Shown one piece after another: positions 22,870-37,844 of a stretch of 64,000 nt of DNA; the first letter of the stretch is position 1; each line of letters begins with the position of its first letter. The DNA is taken from the NCBI RefSeq assembly GCF_000026545.1, contig NC_011601.1; one strand, 5' to 3'. Under the pieces are notes generated by a model. It was not told the DNA's origin. It was given only the letters and a program-made list of their open reading frames with translations, and did no database searches. The position numbers were made by a program, and so were the translations under genes. The stretch is from Escherichia coli O127:H6 str. E2348/69 (GTDB lineage Bacteria > Pseudomonadota > Gammaproteobacteria > Enterobacterales > Enterobacteriaceae).

Positions 22870-22984
22870 AGTTAGCTCCAATTTCCGTAAGGCAAAAAAA
22901 AAGAAAGGTAACTTCCCCCGCGAGAGGGAAGTTACCTTTCTCATTATCTCTGGTAACTGGAGATAATTTTTAGCATAAGGACAT

Positions 22985-23000
22985 AACTGCTAATGTGATC
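22985..23000. promoter_or_regulatory. perfect CRP consensus site TGTGA-N6-TCACA in ygcW/yqcE divergent intergenic region
   Basis: tgtgatcgtaatcaca. Confidence 0.45.
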
Positions 23001-23186
23001 GTAATCACAGTGTGATGTTCGTATTGTCAAATAATTTAAAAAAGCAGAAGCGTGATTACTCTCACACAACACCTCTGCTTTCCATGTTATTTCTTATTGC
23101 AATTACTAGAGACCTGAGAAAAGTAATCCACCTGAAAGGGCGGCTTACTTTTCTCTTTTTTTGTCTATTACAAATGGGAATACGAT

Positions 23187-24464
23187 ATGCAACACAACTC
23201 ATATCGCCGTTGGATAACCCTCGCGATAATTAGTTTTAGCGGCGGCGTTAGTTTCGACCTGGCTTATTTACGTTATATTTATCAAATTCCCATGGCAAAA
23301 TTTATGGGATTCAGCAATACCGAGATAGGTTTAATAATGAGTACCTTTGGTATTGCGGCCATTATTTTCTATGCCCCTAGCGGCGTTATTGCCGATAAAT
23401 TTTCACATCGCAAAATGATTACTTCCGCGATGATCATTACCGGATTACTGGGTCTGTTAATGGCAACATATCCACCGCTGTGGGTAATGCTCTGTATTCA
23501 GGTCGCCTTTGCGATAACGACGATTTTAATGCTGTGGTCGGTGTCGATTAAAGCCGCATCGTTGCTGGGCGATCATAGCGAGCAAGGGAAAATTATGGGC
23601 TGGATGGAAGGGCTGCGCGGCGTCGGTGTAATGTCGCTGGCGGTGTTTACCATGTGGGTCTTTTCTCGCTTTGCACCGGATGACAGCGCCAGCCTGAAAA
23701 CGGTCATTATTATCTATAGTGTGGTTTACATTCTGCTGGGCATTTTGTGTTGGTTTTTTGTTAGCGATAACAACAATCTGCGCAGTGCCAATAACGAAGA
23801 AAAACAGTCATTCCAGCTTAGCGACATCCTGGCCGTTTTGCGCATCAGCACCACCTGGTATTGCAGCATGGTGATTTTTGGTGTCTTCACCATCTACGCC
23901 ATTCTGAGTTACTCCACCAACTATCTGACCGAAATGTACGGCATGTCGTTGGTGGCGGCGAGCTACATGGGGATTGTGATCAACAAAATCTTCCGCGCGC
24001 TGTGCGGCCCACTTGGCGGCATTATCACCACCTACAGTAAAGTGAAATCCCCTACCCGCGTGGTCCAAATCCTTTCCATCATCGGTTTGCTGGCGTTGAC
24101 AGCCCTGCTCGTCACGAACTCTAACCCGCAATCGGTCGCGATGGGGATTGGCCTGATTTTATTACTGGGATTCACCTGTTACGCCTCACGCGGGCTGTAC
24201 TGGGCCTGCCCTGGCGAAGCGAGAACACCGTCTTACATTATGGGCACCACGGTAGGTATTTGTTCGGTGATTGGATTTCTGCCGGATGTCTTCGTTTACC
24301 CGATTATCGGCTACTGGCAAGACACCCTGCCCGCTGCAGAAGCCTACCGCAACATGTGGCTAATGGGCATGGCGGCGCTTGGCATGGTGATCATCTTTAC
24401 CTTTTTGCTGTTCCAAAAAATTCGTACTGCTGATAGCGCCCCCGCAATGGCTAGCAGCAAGTAA
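23187..24464 (+). CDS. yqcE: MFS transporter
   Basis: 425-aa polytopic membrane ORF in the K-12 yqcE position. Confidence 0.8.
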   Translation: MQHNSYRRWITLAIISFSGGVSFDLAYLRYIYQIPMAKFMGFSNTEIGLIMSTFGIAAIIFYAPSGVIADKFSHRKMITSAMIITGLLGLLMATYPPLWVMLCIQVAFAITTILMLWSVSIKAASLLGDHSEQGKIMGWMEGLRGVGVMSLAVFTMWVFSRFAPDDSASLKTVIIIYSVVYILLGILCWFFVSDNNNLRSANNEEKQSFQLSDILAVLRISTTWYCSMVIFGVFTIYAILSYSTNYLTEMYGMSLVAASYMGIVINKIFRALCGPLGGIITTYSKVKSPTRVVQILSIIGLLALTALLVTNSNPQSVAMGIGLILLLGFTCYASRGLYWACPGEARTPSYIMGTTVGICSVIGFLPDVFVYPIIGYWQDTLPAAEAYRNMWLMGMAALGMVIIFTFLLFQKIRTADSAPAMASSK

Positions 24465-24490
24465 GCCAGGAAAATTACAGGAGAAAAATC

Positions 24491-25969
24491 ATGTCGAAAA
24501 AATACATCATAGGGATTGATGGCGGAAGTCAGAGCACAAAAGTGGTGATGTACGATCTGGAAGGTAATGTGGTTTGCGAAGGCAAAGGCTTATTGCAGCC
24601 GATGCACACGCCAGATGCCGATACCGCAGAACATCCTGACGACGATTTATGGGCATCACTATGTTTTGCCAGTCACGATTTGATGAGCCAGTTTGCCGGA
24701 AATAAAGAAGATATTGTCGGCATTGGCCTGGGCTCAATCCGTTGCTGCCGTGCGTTATTGAAAGCCGATGGTACGCCAGCCGCGCCGTTGATTAGCTGGC
24801 AGGATGCACGCGTTACACGCCCTTACGAACACACTAATCCTGACGTGGCCTATGTCACCTCTTTTTCGGGTTATCTGACACATCGCTTAACCGGCGAGTT
24901 TAAAGACAATATCGCCAACTATTTTGGTCAGTGGCCGGTGGATTATAAGAGCTGGGCATGGAGCGAAAATGCCGCGGTAATGGAAAAGTTTAATATCCCC
25001 CGCCAGATGCTTTTTGACGTGCAAATGCCAGGCACTGTTCTTGGGCATATCACACCACAAGCTGCGCTGGCGACACATTTCCCGGCTGGGCTGCCGGTTG
25101 TTTGTACCACCAGTGATAAACCGGTAGAAGCTCTGGGAGCCGGGTTACTGGATGATGAAACGGCGGTAATTTCTCTTGGCACCTACATCGCGTTGATGAT
25201 GAACGGCAAAGCACTGCCGAAAGATCCGGTCGCGTACTGGCCGATTATGTCTTCTATTCCGCAAACATTGCTGTATGAAGGTTACGGTATTCGCAAAGGC
25301 ATGTGGACGGTGAGCTGGCTGCGCGACATGTTAGGCGAGTCGTTAATTCAGGATGCCAAAGCACAGGATCTTTCACCGGAAGATTTGCTCAACAAAAAAG
25401 CGTCTTGCGTGCCACCTGGTTGTAATGGGCTGATGACGGTGCTGGACTGGCTGACCAATCCGTGGGAACCGTACAAACGCGGAATTATGATCGGCTTTGA
25501 TTCCAGCATGGATTACGCATGGATATATCGTTCGATACTGGAAAGCGTGGCGCTGACGCTGAAGAACAATTACGACAATATGTGTAATGAAATGAATCAC
25601 TTTGCAAAGCATGTGATCATTACTGGCGGCGGTTCGAACAGCGATCTGTTTATGCAGATTTTTGCCGACGTGTTCAACCTTCCGGCACGCCGTAACGCCA
25701 TTAATGGTTGTGCAAGTCTGGGGGCAGCGATCAATACGGCGGTAGGTCTGGGGCTATACCCGGATTACGCAACGGCTGTCGACAAAATGGTTCGCGTGAA
25801 AGATATCTTTATGCCTGTTGAGAGCAACGCCAAACGCTACGACGCGATGAATAAAGGCATTTTCAAAGACCTAACCAAACACACTGATGTGATCCTGAAA
25901 AAATCGTATGAAGTGATGCATGGGGAATTGGGGAATGCGGATTCGATCCAGAGCTGGTCGAATGCGTAA
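24491..25969 (+). CDS. ygcE: FGGY-family carbohydrate kinase
   Basis: 492 aa, N-terminal IGIDGGSQSTKVVMYD actin-fold kinase motif. Confidence 0.8.
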   Translation: MSKKYIIGIDGGSQSTKVVMYDLEGNVVCEGKGLLQPMHTPDADTAEHPDDDLWASLCFASHDLMSQFAGNKEDIVGIGLGSIRCCRALLKADGTPAAPLISWQDARVTRPYEHTNPDVAYVTSFSGYLTHRLTGEFKDNIANYFGQWPVDYKSWAWSENAAVMEKFNIPRQMLFDVQMPGTVLGHITPQAALATHFPAGLPVVCTTSDKPVEALGAGLLDDETAVISLGTYIALMMNGKALPKDPVAYWPIMSSIPQTLLYEGYGIRKGMWTVSWLRDMLGESLIQDAKAQDLSPEDLLNKKASCVPPGCNGLMTVLDWLTNPWEPYKRGIMIGFDSSMDYAWIYRSILESVALTLKNNYDNMCNEMNHFAKHVIITGGGSNSDLFMQIFADVFNLPARRNAINGCASLGAAINTAVGLGLYPDYATAVDKMVRVKDIFMPVESNAKRYDAMNKGIFKDLTKHTDVILKKSYEVMHGELGNADSIQSWSNA

Positions 25970-26086
25970 GTGAGATAAACAGTGCCGGGTAGATGATTAA
26001 TCCCGGCATATTCACGTTTCCACCACAAAATACCGGGTAACCACTGCTGAATATTGTTCTCTCCTGAGTAGCGTTTATGCTTTAAT

Positions 26087-26117
26087 TGCTAAACCGATTT
26101 AATTAGTTTAGCAATTA
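26087..26117. promoter_or_regulatory. palindromic LacI-family (ScrR-type) operator upstream of scrK
   Basis: TTGCTAAACcgatttaattaGTTTAGCAA inverted repeat, 17 bp upstream of scrK ATG. Confidence 0.45.
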
Positions 26118-26133
26118 GTATATTGGAGCCTTT

Positions 26134-27054
26134 ATGAGCGCAAGAGTATGGGTACTCGGTGATGCGGTTGTTGATTTATTACCCGAAAGCCAGGGGAGAC
26201 TACTACAGTGTCCTGGCGGGGCGCCTGCTAATGTTGCAGTCGGTATCGCAAGGCTGGGGGGGAAAAGTGCCTTTATTGGCAAAGTTGGCGATGATCCTTT
26301 CGGTCGCTTTATGTATCAGACACTGAGTACAGAAAATGTTGATACACGTTATATGTCTCTTGATCCTCAACAACGCACCTCAATTGTGGCTGTAGGACTT
26401 GATGAGCAAGGAGAAAGAAACTTTACCTTTATGGTACGCCCAAGTGCCGATCTTTTTTTACAACCTGATGACCTTCCTACATTTGGGCCGGGTGAATGGC
26501 TCCATCTTTGTTCCATTGCGCTCAGTGCAGAACCTTCCCGAAGTACCGCATTTCTGGCTATGGAGAAAATACGTCAGGCTGGCGGAAACATCAGTTTTGA
26601 TCCCAATATCCGCAGCGATCTCTGGCAGAGTGAAGCGCTATTAAGAAAATACCTTGATCGCGCGCTTTCGCTGGCGAATATCGCTAAATTGTCCGAAGAA
26701 GAGTTGCTATTCATCAGTGGCGAAAGCCAGGTTCAGCAAGGCGCATATTCATTAGTACAACGTTATTCGTTGACTTTATTGCTTATCACACAAGGAAAAA
26801 ATGGCGTACTTGTGTATTTTCAGGGGCAGTTTATCCACTATCCCGCCAAACCTGTTTCTGTCGTCGATACGACCGGGGCAGGAGATGCTTTTGTCGCTGG
26901 ATTACTTGCAGGTCTGGCTGATTCTGGAATACCAACAAATACCAGACAGCTTGAACGAATCATTGCACAAGCTCAGATTTGTGGTGCTCTGGCGACCACG
27001 GCTAAAGGCGCGATGACCGCCTTACCCCGACAACACGATCTCCCTTCACAATAG
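26134..27054 (+). CDS. scrK: fructokinase (PfkB family)
   Basis: 306 aa, ribokinase-family motifs (GGAPANVA, DTTGAGDAF). Confidence 0.85.
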   Translation: MSARVWVLGDAVVDLLPESQGRLLQCPGGAPANVAVGIARLGGKSAFIGKVGDDPFGRFMYQTLSTENVDTRYMSLDPQQRTSIVAVGLDEQGERNFTFMVRPSADLFLQPDDLPTFGPGEWLHLCSIALSAEPSRSTAFLAMEKIRQAGGNISFDPNIRSDLWQSEALLRKYLDRALSLANIAKLSEEELLFISGESQVQQGAYSLVQRYSLTLLLITQGKNGVLVYFQGQFIHYPAKPVSVVDTTGAGDAFVAGLLAGLADSGIPTNTRQLERIIAQAQICGALATTAKGAMTALPRQHDLPSQ

Positions 27055-27104
27055 TGATCCTGCTGTTGTATCTGTAACCCGATTTGTCGTGCCTGTCACA
27101 TTTA

Positions 27105-27178
27105 CTAAATCGGTTTAGCGAAAATAATTGCTCTGGCTAAAAAGTCAGCTTTATTATCAACACCTAAACCGGTTTAGC
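27105..27178. promoter_or_regulatory. two palindromic operators (ctaaatcggtttag and ctaaaccggtttag) in scrY promoter region
   Basis: 14-bp near-perfect and perfect palindromes 45 bp apart, same half-site (AAACCG) as the scrK operator. Confidence 0.5.
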
Positions 27179-27197
27179 ATTTTAGCAATTTTTATAA

Positions 27198-28739
<1,542 letters not shown>

Positions 28740-28799
28740 TACCAGACAGCCTCACGGATGTGAGGCTTTTACTGAAATAACAATGAATTAGAGGGTTAT

Positions 28800-30170
28800 A
28801 TGGATTTCGATAAAATCGCCCAATCGTTGCTTCCTTTATTAGGTGGTAAGGAGAACATCGCCAGTGCAGCACATTGCGCCACTCGCCTACGGCTGGTACT
28901 GGTTGACGACACACTTGCCGATCAACATGCCATTGGCCAGATTGATGGAGTGAAAGGTTGTTTTCGTAATTCAGGGCAAATGCAAATCATCTTTGGCACC
29001 GGCGTGGTTAATAAAGTCTATGCTGCCTTTATTCAGGTTGCAGGTATTAGCGAATCCAGTAAAGCAGATACCGCTCGACTCGCCGCTCAAAAACTCAATC
29101 CTTTTCAGCGAATAGCACGGCTACTTTCTAATATTTTTGTCCCCATCATTCCAGCCATTGTTGCTTCTGGTTTATTAATGGGGCTCCTGGGAATGGTGAA
29201 AACATATGGCTGGGTGAATGCCGATAATGCGATTTATATCCTGCTGGATATGTGCAGTTCAGCCGCATTTATTATTCTCCCCATCCTTATTGGCTTTACT
29301 GCTGCTCGTGAATTTGGTGGAAATCCTTATCTTGGCGCGACATTAGGAGGGATTCTGACTCACCCGGCACTCACAAATGCCTGGGGCGTTGCTGCGGGAT
29401 TTCAGACAATGAACTTCTTCGGTTTTGAAATCGCCATGATTGGCTATCAGGGAACGGTTTTCCCCGTGCTTCTGGCAGTATGGTTTATGAGCATAGTGGA
29501 AAAACAGTTACGCAGGTTTATCCCTGATGCTCTGGATCTCATTCTGACGCCATTTCTGACTGTCGTCATTTCTGGCTTTATCGCTCTTTTGATTATTGGT
29601 CCGGCAGGACGAGCGTTAGGTGACGGTATCTCTTTCGTTCTCAGCACGCTGATTGCACACGCAGGCTGGTTAGCAGGGTTGTTATTCGGCGGGCTATATT
29701 CAGCGATTGTTATTACGGGTATTCATCATAGCTTCCACGCAATTGAAGCAGGACTTTTAGGTAACCCTGCAATCGGTGTTAATTTCCTGCTGCCTATTTG
29801 GGCAATGGCAAACGTTGCGCAAGGAGGTGCATGTCTGGCGGTATGGTTTAAAACCAAAGATACAAAAATTAAAGCAATCACCCTACCCTCGGCCTTTTCC
29901 GCAATGTTAGGGATTACTGAAGCCGCTATTTTTGGTATCAACCTTCGTTTTGTTAAACCTTTTATTGCGGCCTTAATTGGTGGCGCTGCCGGCGGTGCCT
30001 GGGTTGTCTCTGTTCACGTTTATATGACTGCCGTTGGTCTGACCGCAATACCCGGCATGGCAATCGTTCAGCCAACATCGTTGGTTAATTATATTATTGG
30101 AATGGTGATTGCTTTCGCTGTCGCTTTTAGCCTCTCTTTATTACTCAAATACAAAACGGACGAGGAGTAA
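28800..30170 (+). CDS. scrA: PTS sucrose-specific EIIBC
   Basis: 456 aa, EIIB Cys motif (AAHCATRLR) plus EIIC membrane domain. Confidence 0.85.
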   Translation: MDFDKIAQSLLPLLGGKENIASAAHCATRLRLVLVDDTLADQHAIGQIDGVKGCFRNSGQMQIIFGTGVVNKVYAAFIQVAGISESSKADTARLAAQKLNPFQRIARLLSNIFVPIIPAIVASGLLMGLLGMVKTYGWVNADNAIYILLDMCSSAAFIILPILIGFTAAREFGGNPYLGATLGGILTHPALTNAWGVAAGFQTMNFFGFEIAMIGYQGTVFPVLLAVWFMSIVEKQLRRFIPDALDLILTPFLTVVISGFIALLIIGPAGRALGDGISFVLSTLIAHAGWLAGLLFGGLYSAIVITGIHHSFHAIEAGLLGNPAIGVNFLLPIWAMANVAQGGACLAVWFKTKDTKIKAITLPSAFSAMLGITEAAIFGINLRFVKPFIAALIGGAAGGAWVVSVHVYMTAVGLTAIPGMAIVQPTSLVNYIIGMVIAFAVAFSLSLLLKYKTDEE

Positions 30171-31579
30171 TGTCGATGCCTTCACAAATGCCCGCGATTT
30201 TACAGGCAGTGATGAAAGGTCAGTCCAAAGCACTGGCAGATGCCCACTATCCTTGTTGGCATCTCGCTCCAGTCACCGGACTAATGAACGATCCAAATGG
30301 CTTTTGTTGGTCTGGAGGCCGCTATCATCTGTTTTATCAATGGAATCCACTGGCTTGTGATCATAAGTACAAATGTTGGGGGCACTGGAGTTCGACGGAT
30401 TTATTGCACTGGCAGCATGAACCATTAGCGCTAATGCCCGATAAAGAGTACGACCGTAATGGTTGTTACTCAGGAAGCGCGGTTAATAATCAGGGCGTTC
30501 TCACACTTTGCTATACCGGTAATGTTAAGTTTGATGATGGCAGCAGAACGGCATGGCAATGCCTGGCCACCGAAAATAACCAGGGCGGGTTTGATAAACT
30601 AGGCCCTGTCATACCGTTACCTGATGGTTACACCGGACATGTTCGTGATCCAAAAGTCTGGAAGCACAACAGCCAATGGTACATGGTGCTTGGCGCGCAA
30701 GATAAAGAGAAACGGGGGAAAGTGCTGCTGTATTCCTCTGTCGATCTCTATACCTGGTCTTTTCATGGAGAAATTGCTGGTAACGGTCTGAATGAAATAG
30801 ATAACGCAGGATACATGTGGGAATGTCCTGATCTTTTCGCCCTTGATGGTGAATACATTCTCCTCTGTTGCCCCCAGGGAATGGTGCGCGAACATGAGCG
30901 CTATCTGAATACTTATCCCTGCGCCTGGCTACATGGACAGTTTGATTACGAGACAGGCAAATTTACGCATGGCGCTTTCTCAGAGCTGGATGCGGGATTT
31001 GAATTCTATGCACCACAGACGATGGAAGCCCCGGACGGGCGACGATTGCTGGTCGGCTGGATGGGGGTTCCTGATGGCGAAGAGATGTTGCAGCCAACCA
31101 GAAAGCATCATTGGCAGCATCAAATGACCTGTTTTCGCGAACTCTCATTCCAGAAGGGAAAATTGTTTCAGATGCCAATCAGGGAACTCGCGCAACTGCG
31201 TGAAGCTGAACACTTCTGGCAAGGAAAAGCGGATCATGCGCCGCATGTCGAAATTGAACGCCTGGAAATGGACATCATTCCGTCGGGTGAGCTGTATCTG
31301 AATTTTGGCAATGCGCTGGCACTGCATCTTAATGACGATGGTATTCAACTACAGAGGAGAAGCCTTGCAGGGCAAGAGAAACTAACTCGTTACTGGCGAG
31401 GAAGCGTAACGTCACTGAAGATTCTCTGTGACAGTTCCAGCGTAGAGATATTCATCAATAATGGTGAAGGTGTAATGAGTAATCGTTATTTTCCCCATCA
31501 TCCAGCTTCGCTGATATTACAGGGTGAGTCTGACGTCACGTTACGCTACTGGTCGCTACGCGCCTGCATGGTAGAATGA
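30170..31579 (+). CDS. scrB: sucrose-6-phosphate hydrolase (GH32)
   Basis: 469 aa, GH32 motifs (NDPNG, RDP, EC); start overlaps scrA stop. Confidence 0.85.
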   Translation: MSMPSQMPAILQAVMKGQSKALADAHYPCWHLAPVTGLMNDPNGFCWSGGRYHLFYQWNPLACDHKYKCWGHWSSTDLLHWQHEPLALMPDKEYDRNGCYSGSAVNNQGVLTLCYTGNVKFDDGSRTAWQCLATENNQGGFDKLGPVIPLPDGYTGHVRDPKVWKHNSQWYMVLGAQDKEKRGKVLLYSSVDLYTWSFHGEIAGNGLNEIDNAGYMWECPDLFALDGEYILLCCPQGMVREHERYLNTYPCAWLHGQFDYETGKFTHGAFSELDAGFEFYAPQTMEAPDGRRLLVGWMGVPDGEEMLQPTRKHHWQHQMTCFRELSFQKGKLFQMPIRELAQLREAEHFWQGKADHAPHVEIERLEMDIIPSGELYLNFGNALALHLNDDGIQLQRRSLAGQEKLTRYWRGSVTSLKILCDSSSVEIFINNGEGVMSNRYFPHHPASLILQGESDVTLRYWSLRACMVE

Positions 31580-31604
31580 GGGTTTTGAATTACGGATCCT
31601 CGTC

Positions 31605-32612
31605 GTGAGAAAAACCAAACGCGTTACTATTAAAGACATTGCTGAACTGGCGGGAGTGTCGAAAGCAACCGCCAGTCTGGTTCTCAATGGTCGTGGCAAA
31701 GAGTTACGTGTTGCGCAGGAAACGCGTGAGCGTGTGCTGAGTATTGCCCAACAGCAGCATTATCAGCCCAGCATTCATGCCCGCTCATTACGGGACAACC
31801 GCAGTCATACCATTGGTCTCGTCGTTCCTGAAATCACTAACTACGGATTTGCAGTATTTTCCCATGAACTGGAAACATTGTGTCGGGAAGCGGGCGTCCA
31901 GCTCCTCATATCCTGTACTGATGAAAATCCTTCACAGGAAACAATGGTGGTGAACAATATGATTGCCCGCCAGGTTGATGGGTTAATCGTCGCATCCAGT
32001 ATGCTGCATGATAATGACTATCAAAAACTTAGCGAGCAATTACCTGTTGTGTTGTTCGATCGCCACATGAACGGCAGTACATTGCCATTGGTCATTACTG
32101 ACTCTGTTTCTCCCACCGCCGCTCTGGTGGCAGATATTGCACGGAGTCACCCGGATGAATTCTATTTTCTGGGCGGACAACCCCGTTTGTCACCGACTCG
32201 CGATCGACTGGAAGGATTTACACAAGGCTTGCAGCAAGCCGGAGTAACGCTACAACCTGAATGGATTATTCACGGTAATTATCATCCGAGCTCAGGCTAT
32301 GAAATGTTTGCCGCGCTATGCGCTCGTTTAGGACGTCCCCCTAAAGCCTTATTCACTGCCGCTTGTGGATTACTGGAAGGCGTTCTGCGCTATATGAGCC
32401 AATATAATTTACTCGACAGTAAAATACACCTGGCGAGTTTTGATGATCATTACTTGTATGATTCACTTTCGGTAAGAATCGACACAATACAACAGGATAA
32501 TCGCCAACTTGCTTTTCACTGCTTTGAACTTATTTCGCAACTGATTGAAGGTGAAACGCCATCCCCATTACAGCGTTATCTTCCTGCCAGTCTACAAAAA
32601 CGCTACCGATAA
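31605..32612 (+). CDS. scrR: LacI-family sucrose operon repressor (GTG start)
   Basis: 335 aa, N-terminal [26 protein letters not shown]. Confidence 0.85.
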   Translation: MRKTKRVTIKDIAELAGVSKATASLVLNGRGKELRVAQETRERVLSIAQQQHYQPSIHARSLRDNRSHTIGLVVPEITNYGFAVFSHELETLCREAGVQLLISCTDENPSQETMVVNNMIARQVDGLIVASSMLHDNDYQKLSEQLPVVLFDRHMNGSTLPLVITDSVSPTAALVADIARSHPDEFYFLGGQPRLSPTRDRLEGFTQGLQQAGVTLQPEWIIHGNYHPSSGYEMFAALCARLGRPPKALFTAACGLLEGVLRYMSQYNLLDSKIHLASFDDHYLYDSLSVRIDTIQQDNRQLAFHCFELISQLIEGETPSPLQRYLPASLQKRYR

Positions 32613-32631
32613 TCCCGTCACTATCTTGCAT

Positions 32632-32659
32632 CGCCCCTGTAAAACGGGGCGATTATTTT
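32632..32659 (+). terminator. rho-independent terminator after scrR
   Basis: cgcccctgtaaaacggggcg followed by attatttt. Confidence 0.5.
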
Positions 32660-32696
32660 CATCCTGAACGTTAAATATTAATGATGAATAATCAAA

Positions 32697-33368
32697 TCAG
32701 GCAATATTCAAATATTTATGTGTCTGCATCGACAAACGCCAGTTGCGCGCAATGCAGGTATCGATACATAAACGCGTAGCATCTTCCTTCTGGCTAATTG
32801 GCTGAAGTGCAATGACTCGCGGTTTATCATCGGTCAGCGTCGCAAGCAATTCATCCAGTGCTTCGATATCACGTACGCGTCCAACTGGGTGTTTGATTTC
32901 GTTAGCTCGCTCCAGGGCTTGCGACAATACTTCATAGCCGCCGCGCATGTTCAGCTTTGGCGATACGGTAACCCAGGTATTCGGTGTGCAGCGTACCTCA
33001 TGAGTACCACTGGTTTCGATCTGGCAGCTAAAACCGTTCTTTTCGAGCAGGTCAGTCAGTGGCAGCAAATCATGAATGCAAGGCTCACCACCCGTAATCA
33101 CCACGTGACGCGCGGTGTATCCCTGACGGCCAATGACAGCCAGCAAATCTTCACTGCTCGCCGCCCCCCACTTATCACTCTCTTTGGTCTTCGCCAGAAT
33201 GCTGAAAAGGGAGACTTCCCGATCCTCAAGCTTTTCCCAGGTGTGTTTGGTGTCGCACCAGGCACAGCCAACCGGACATCCCTGTAAACGAATAAAAATG
33301 GCGGGGACGCCGGTAAAGTAACCCTCACCTTGCAGGGTCTGGAACATCTCGTTAATCGGGTACTGCAT
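32697..33368 (-). CDS. queE: 7-carboxy-7-deazaguanine synthase (radical SAM)
   Basis: 223 aa with CxxxCxxC-type cluster (GCPVGCAWCDT). Confidence 0.9.
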   Translation of the reverse strand: MQYPINEMFQTLQGEGYFTGVPAIFIRLQGCPVGCAWCDTKHTWEKLEDREVSLFSILAKTKESDKWGAASSEDLLAVIGRQGYTARHVVITGGEPCIHDLLPLTDLLEKNGFSCQIETSGTHEVRCTPNTWVTVSPKLNMRGGYEVLSQALERANEIKHPVGRVRDIEALDELLATLTDDKPRVIALQPISQKEDATRLCIDTCIARNWRLSMQTHKYLNIA

Positions 33369-33661
33369 AGCATTCTCTGTGAAGTGGATAATTGTTAATT
33401 ATTGCAGATCTCGCCGCAATATTCATGCTTTATTAACATTCTGTTACAGGCAGGTTTAAAGAAAAAAGCGAAACATATCGTTAATAATAAAAGGGAGTGA
33501 CATATTATGTCAGAAAGAAATAAAGTAAAGGGATTTTATCATGTCAAAAACATTCACCATAATTATATTTATCTTTTCTGTATTCATTTTTAATTATAAC
33601 GAATCTCAAATTACCGATACCGCCGTCAATTTATTTATCCAGCTTTAATAGGACATTTATA

Positions 33662-34534
33662 ATGCGCTATTTCATACTAATATTCACACTCGTGTGTTCC
33701 TTTGTTGCAGCCCAACCAACTATTGTCCCACAATTACAGCAACAAGTTACGGATCTTACGAGTAGCTTAAACTCACAAGAAAAGAAAGAACTGACGCACA
33801 AGTTAGAATCTATTTTCAATAATACCCAAGTACAAATTGCTGTATTAATTATTCCCACAACCAAAGACGAGACAATTGAACAATATGCTGCAAGGGTTTT
33901 TGACAATTGGCGTTTAGGAGATGCCAAACGCAATGATGGGATACTGATCATTGTTGCCTGGTCGGATCGCACTGTCCGCATCCAGGTAGGTTATGGGCTG
34001 GAAGAAAAGGTAACCGATGCTCTGGCTGGCAATATCATCCGTAGCATCATGATACCCGCATTTAAACAACAAAAATTAGCTAAGGGATTAGAGTTAGCTA
34101 TAATCGCTTTGAATAACCAACTCACTTCACAACACCAATATTCGTCTAATCCTTCAGAAAGTGAATCAGCGTCTTCCAGTGATCATTACTACTTTGCTAT
34201 TTTTTGGGTATTTGCAGTGATGTTCTTCCCTTTCTGGTTTTTTCATCAAGGCAATAATTTTTGTCGGGCATTTAAAAGCAGTGTTTGTATTTCAACAGTC
34301 TATCTTATAGATTTATTCCTGTTCTCCGATCAAACTTTTTCCATTGCTGTATTTTCCTTCTTTTTTGCTTTCACCACCATTATGGTCTTTACCTGTTTAT
34401 GTGTACTTCAGAAAAAAGCATCTGGTAGAAGTTATCATTCAGACAACAGCGGTTCCGGTGGTGGCTCAAGTGGCGGCGGATTTAGCGGCGGGGGCGGTTC
34501 TTCTGGCGGTGGCGGCGCGTCCGGTCGCTGGTAA
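33662..34534 (+). CDS. ygcG: TPM-domain protein with TM segment and Gly/Ser-rich C-terminal tail
   Basis: 290 aa, signal peptide [18 protein letters not shown]-terminal [23 protein letters not shown]. Confidence 0.8.
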   Translation: MRYFILIFTLVCSFVAAQPTIVPQLQQQVTDLTSSLNSQEKKELTHKLESIFNNTQVQIAVLIIPTTKDETIEQYAARVFDNWRLGDAKRNDGILIIVAWSDRTVRIQVGYGLEEKVTDALAGNIIRSIMIPAFKQQKLAKGLELAIIALNNQLTSQHQYSSNPSESESASSSDHYYFAIFWVFAVMFFPFWFFHQGNNFCRAFKSSVCISTVYLIDLFLFSDQTFSIAVFSFFFAFTTIMVFTCLCVLQKKASGRSYHSDNSGSGGGSSGGGFSGGGGSSGGGGASGRW

Positions 34535-34544
34535 CTCAACCATA

Positions 34545-34575
34545 AAAAATGCCAGCCCGAAGGCTGGCATTTTTA
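34545..34575. terminator. bidirectional intrinsic terminator between ygcG and eno
   Basis: aaaaatgccagcccgaaggctggcattttt, perfect hairpin flanked by A-run and T-run. Confidence 0.6.
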
Positions 34576-34593
34576 AATCAGATAAAGTCAGAC

Positions 34594-35907
<1,314 letters not shown>

Positions 35908-35979
35908 TCACTAGTTAAACTGAAACTCCAGACAAACAACGCGTACCCAGGGTACGCGTTGCCGTTCTAACTTTTTTAC

Positions 35980-37632
<1,653 letters not shown>

Positions 37633-37844
37633 TTAGGTTGAAAAGACGATGGAATAACCAGGACGGGAAAGCAGTATACCCGAACATGACCTGTGCCACA
37701 AACTTTCATTATCCCTCCTCTTCGCCAGCGCACTATTGAAATCAGGAGTGAGAAAATAGCCCCTTTGGGGTAAATGTTTTTGACGCAAATCAAGCGCTTG
37801 TCATTTAAAAAATGACACAAATCGCGCTTGACCGCGTAATTCCC

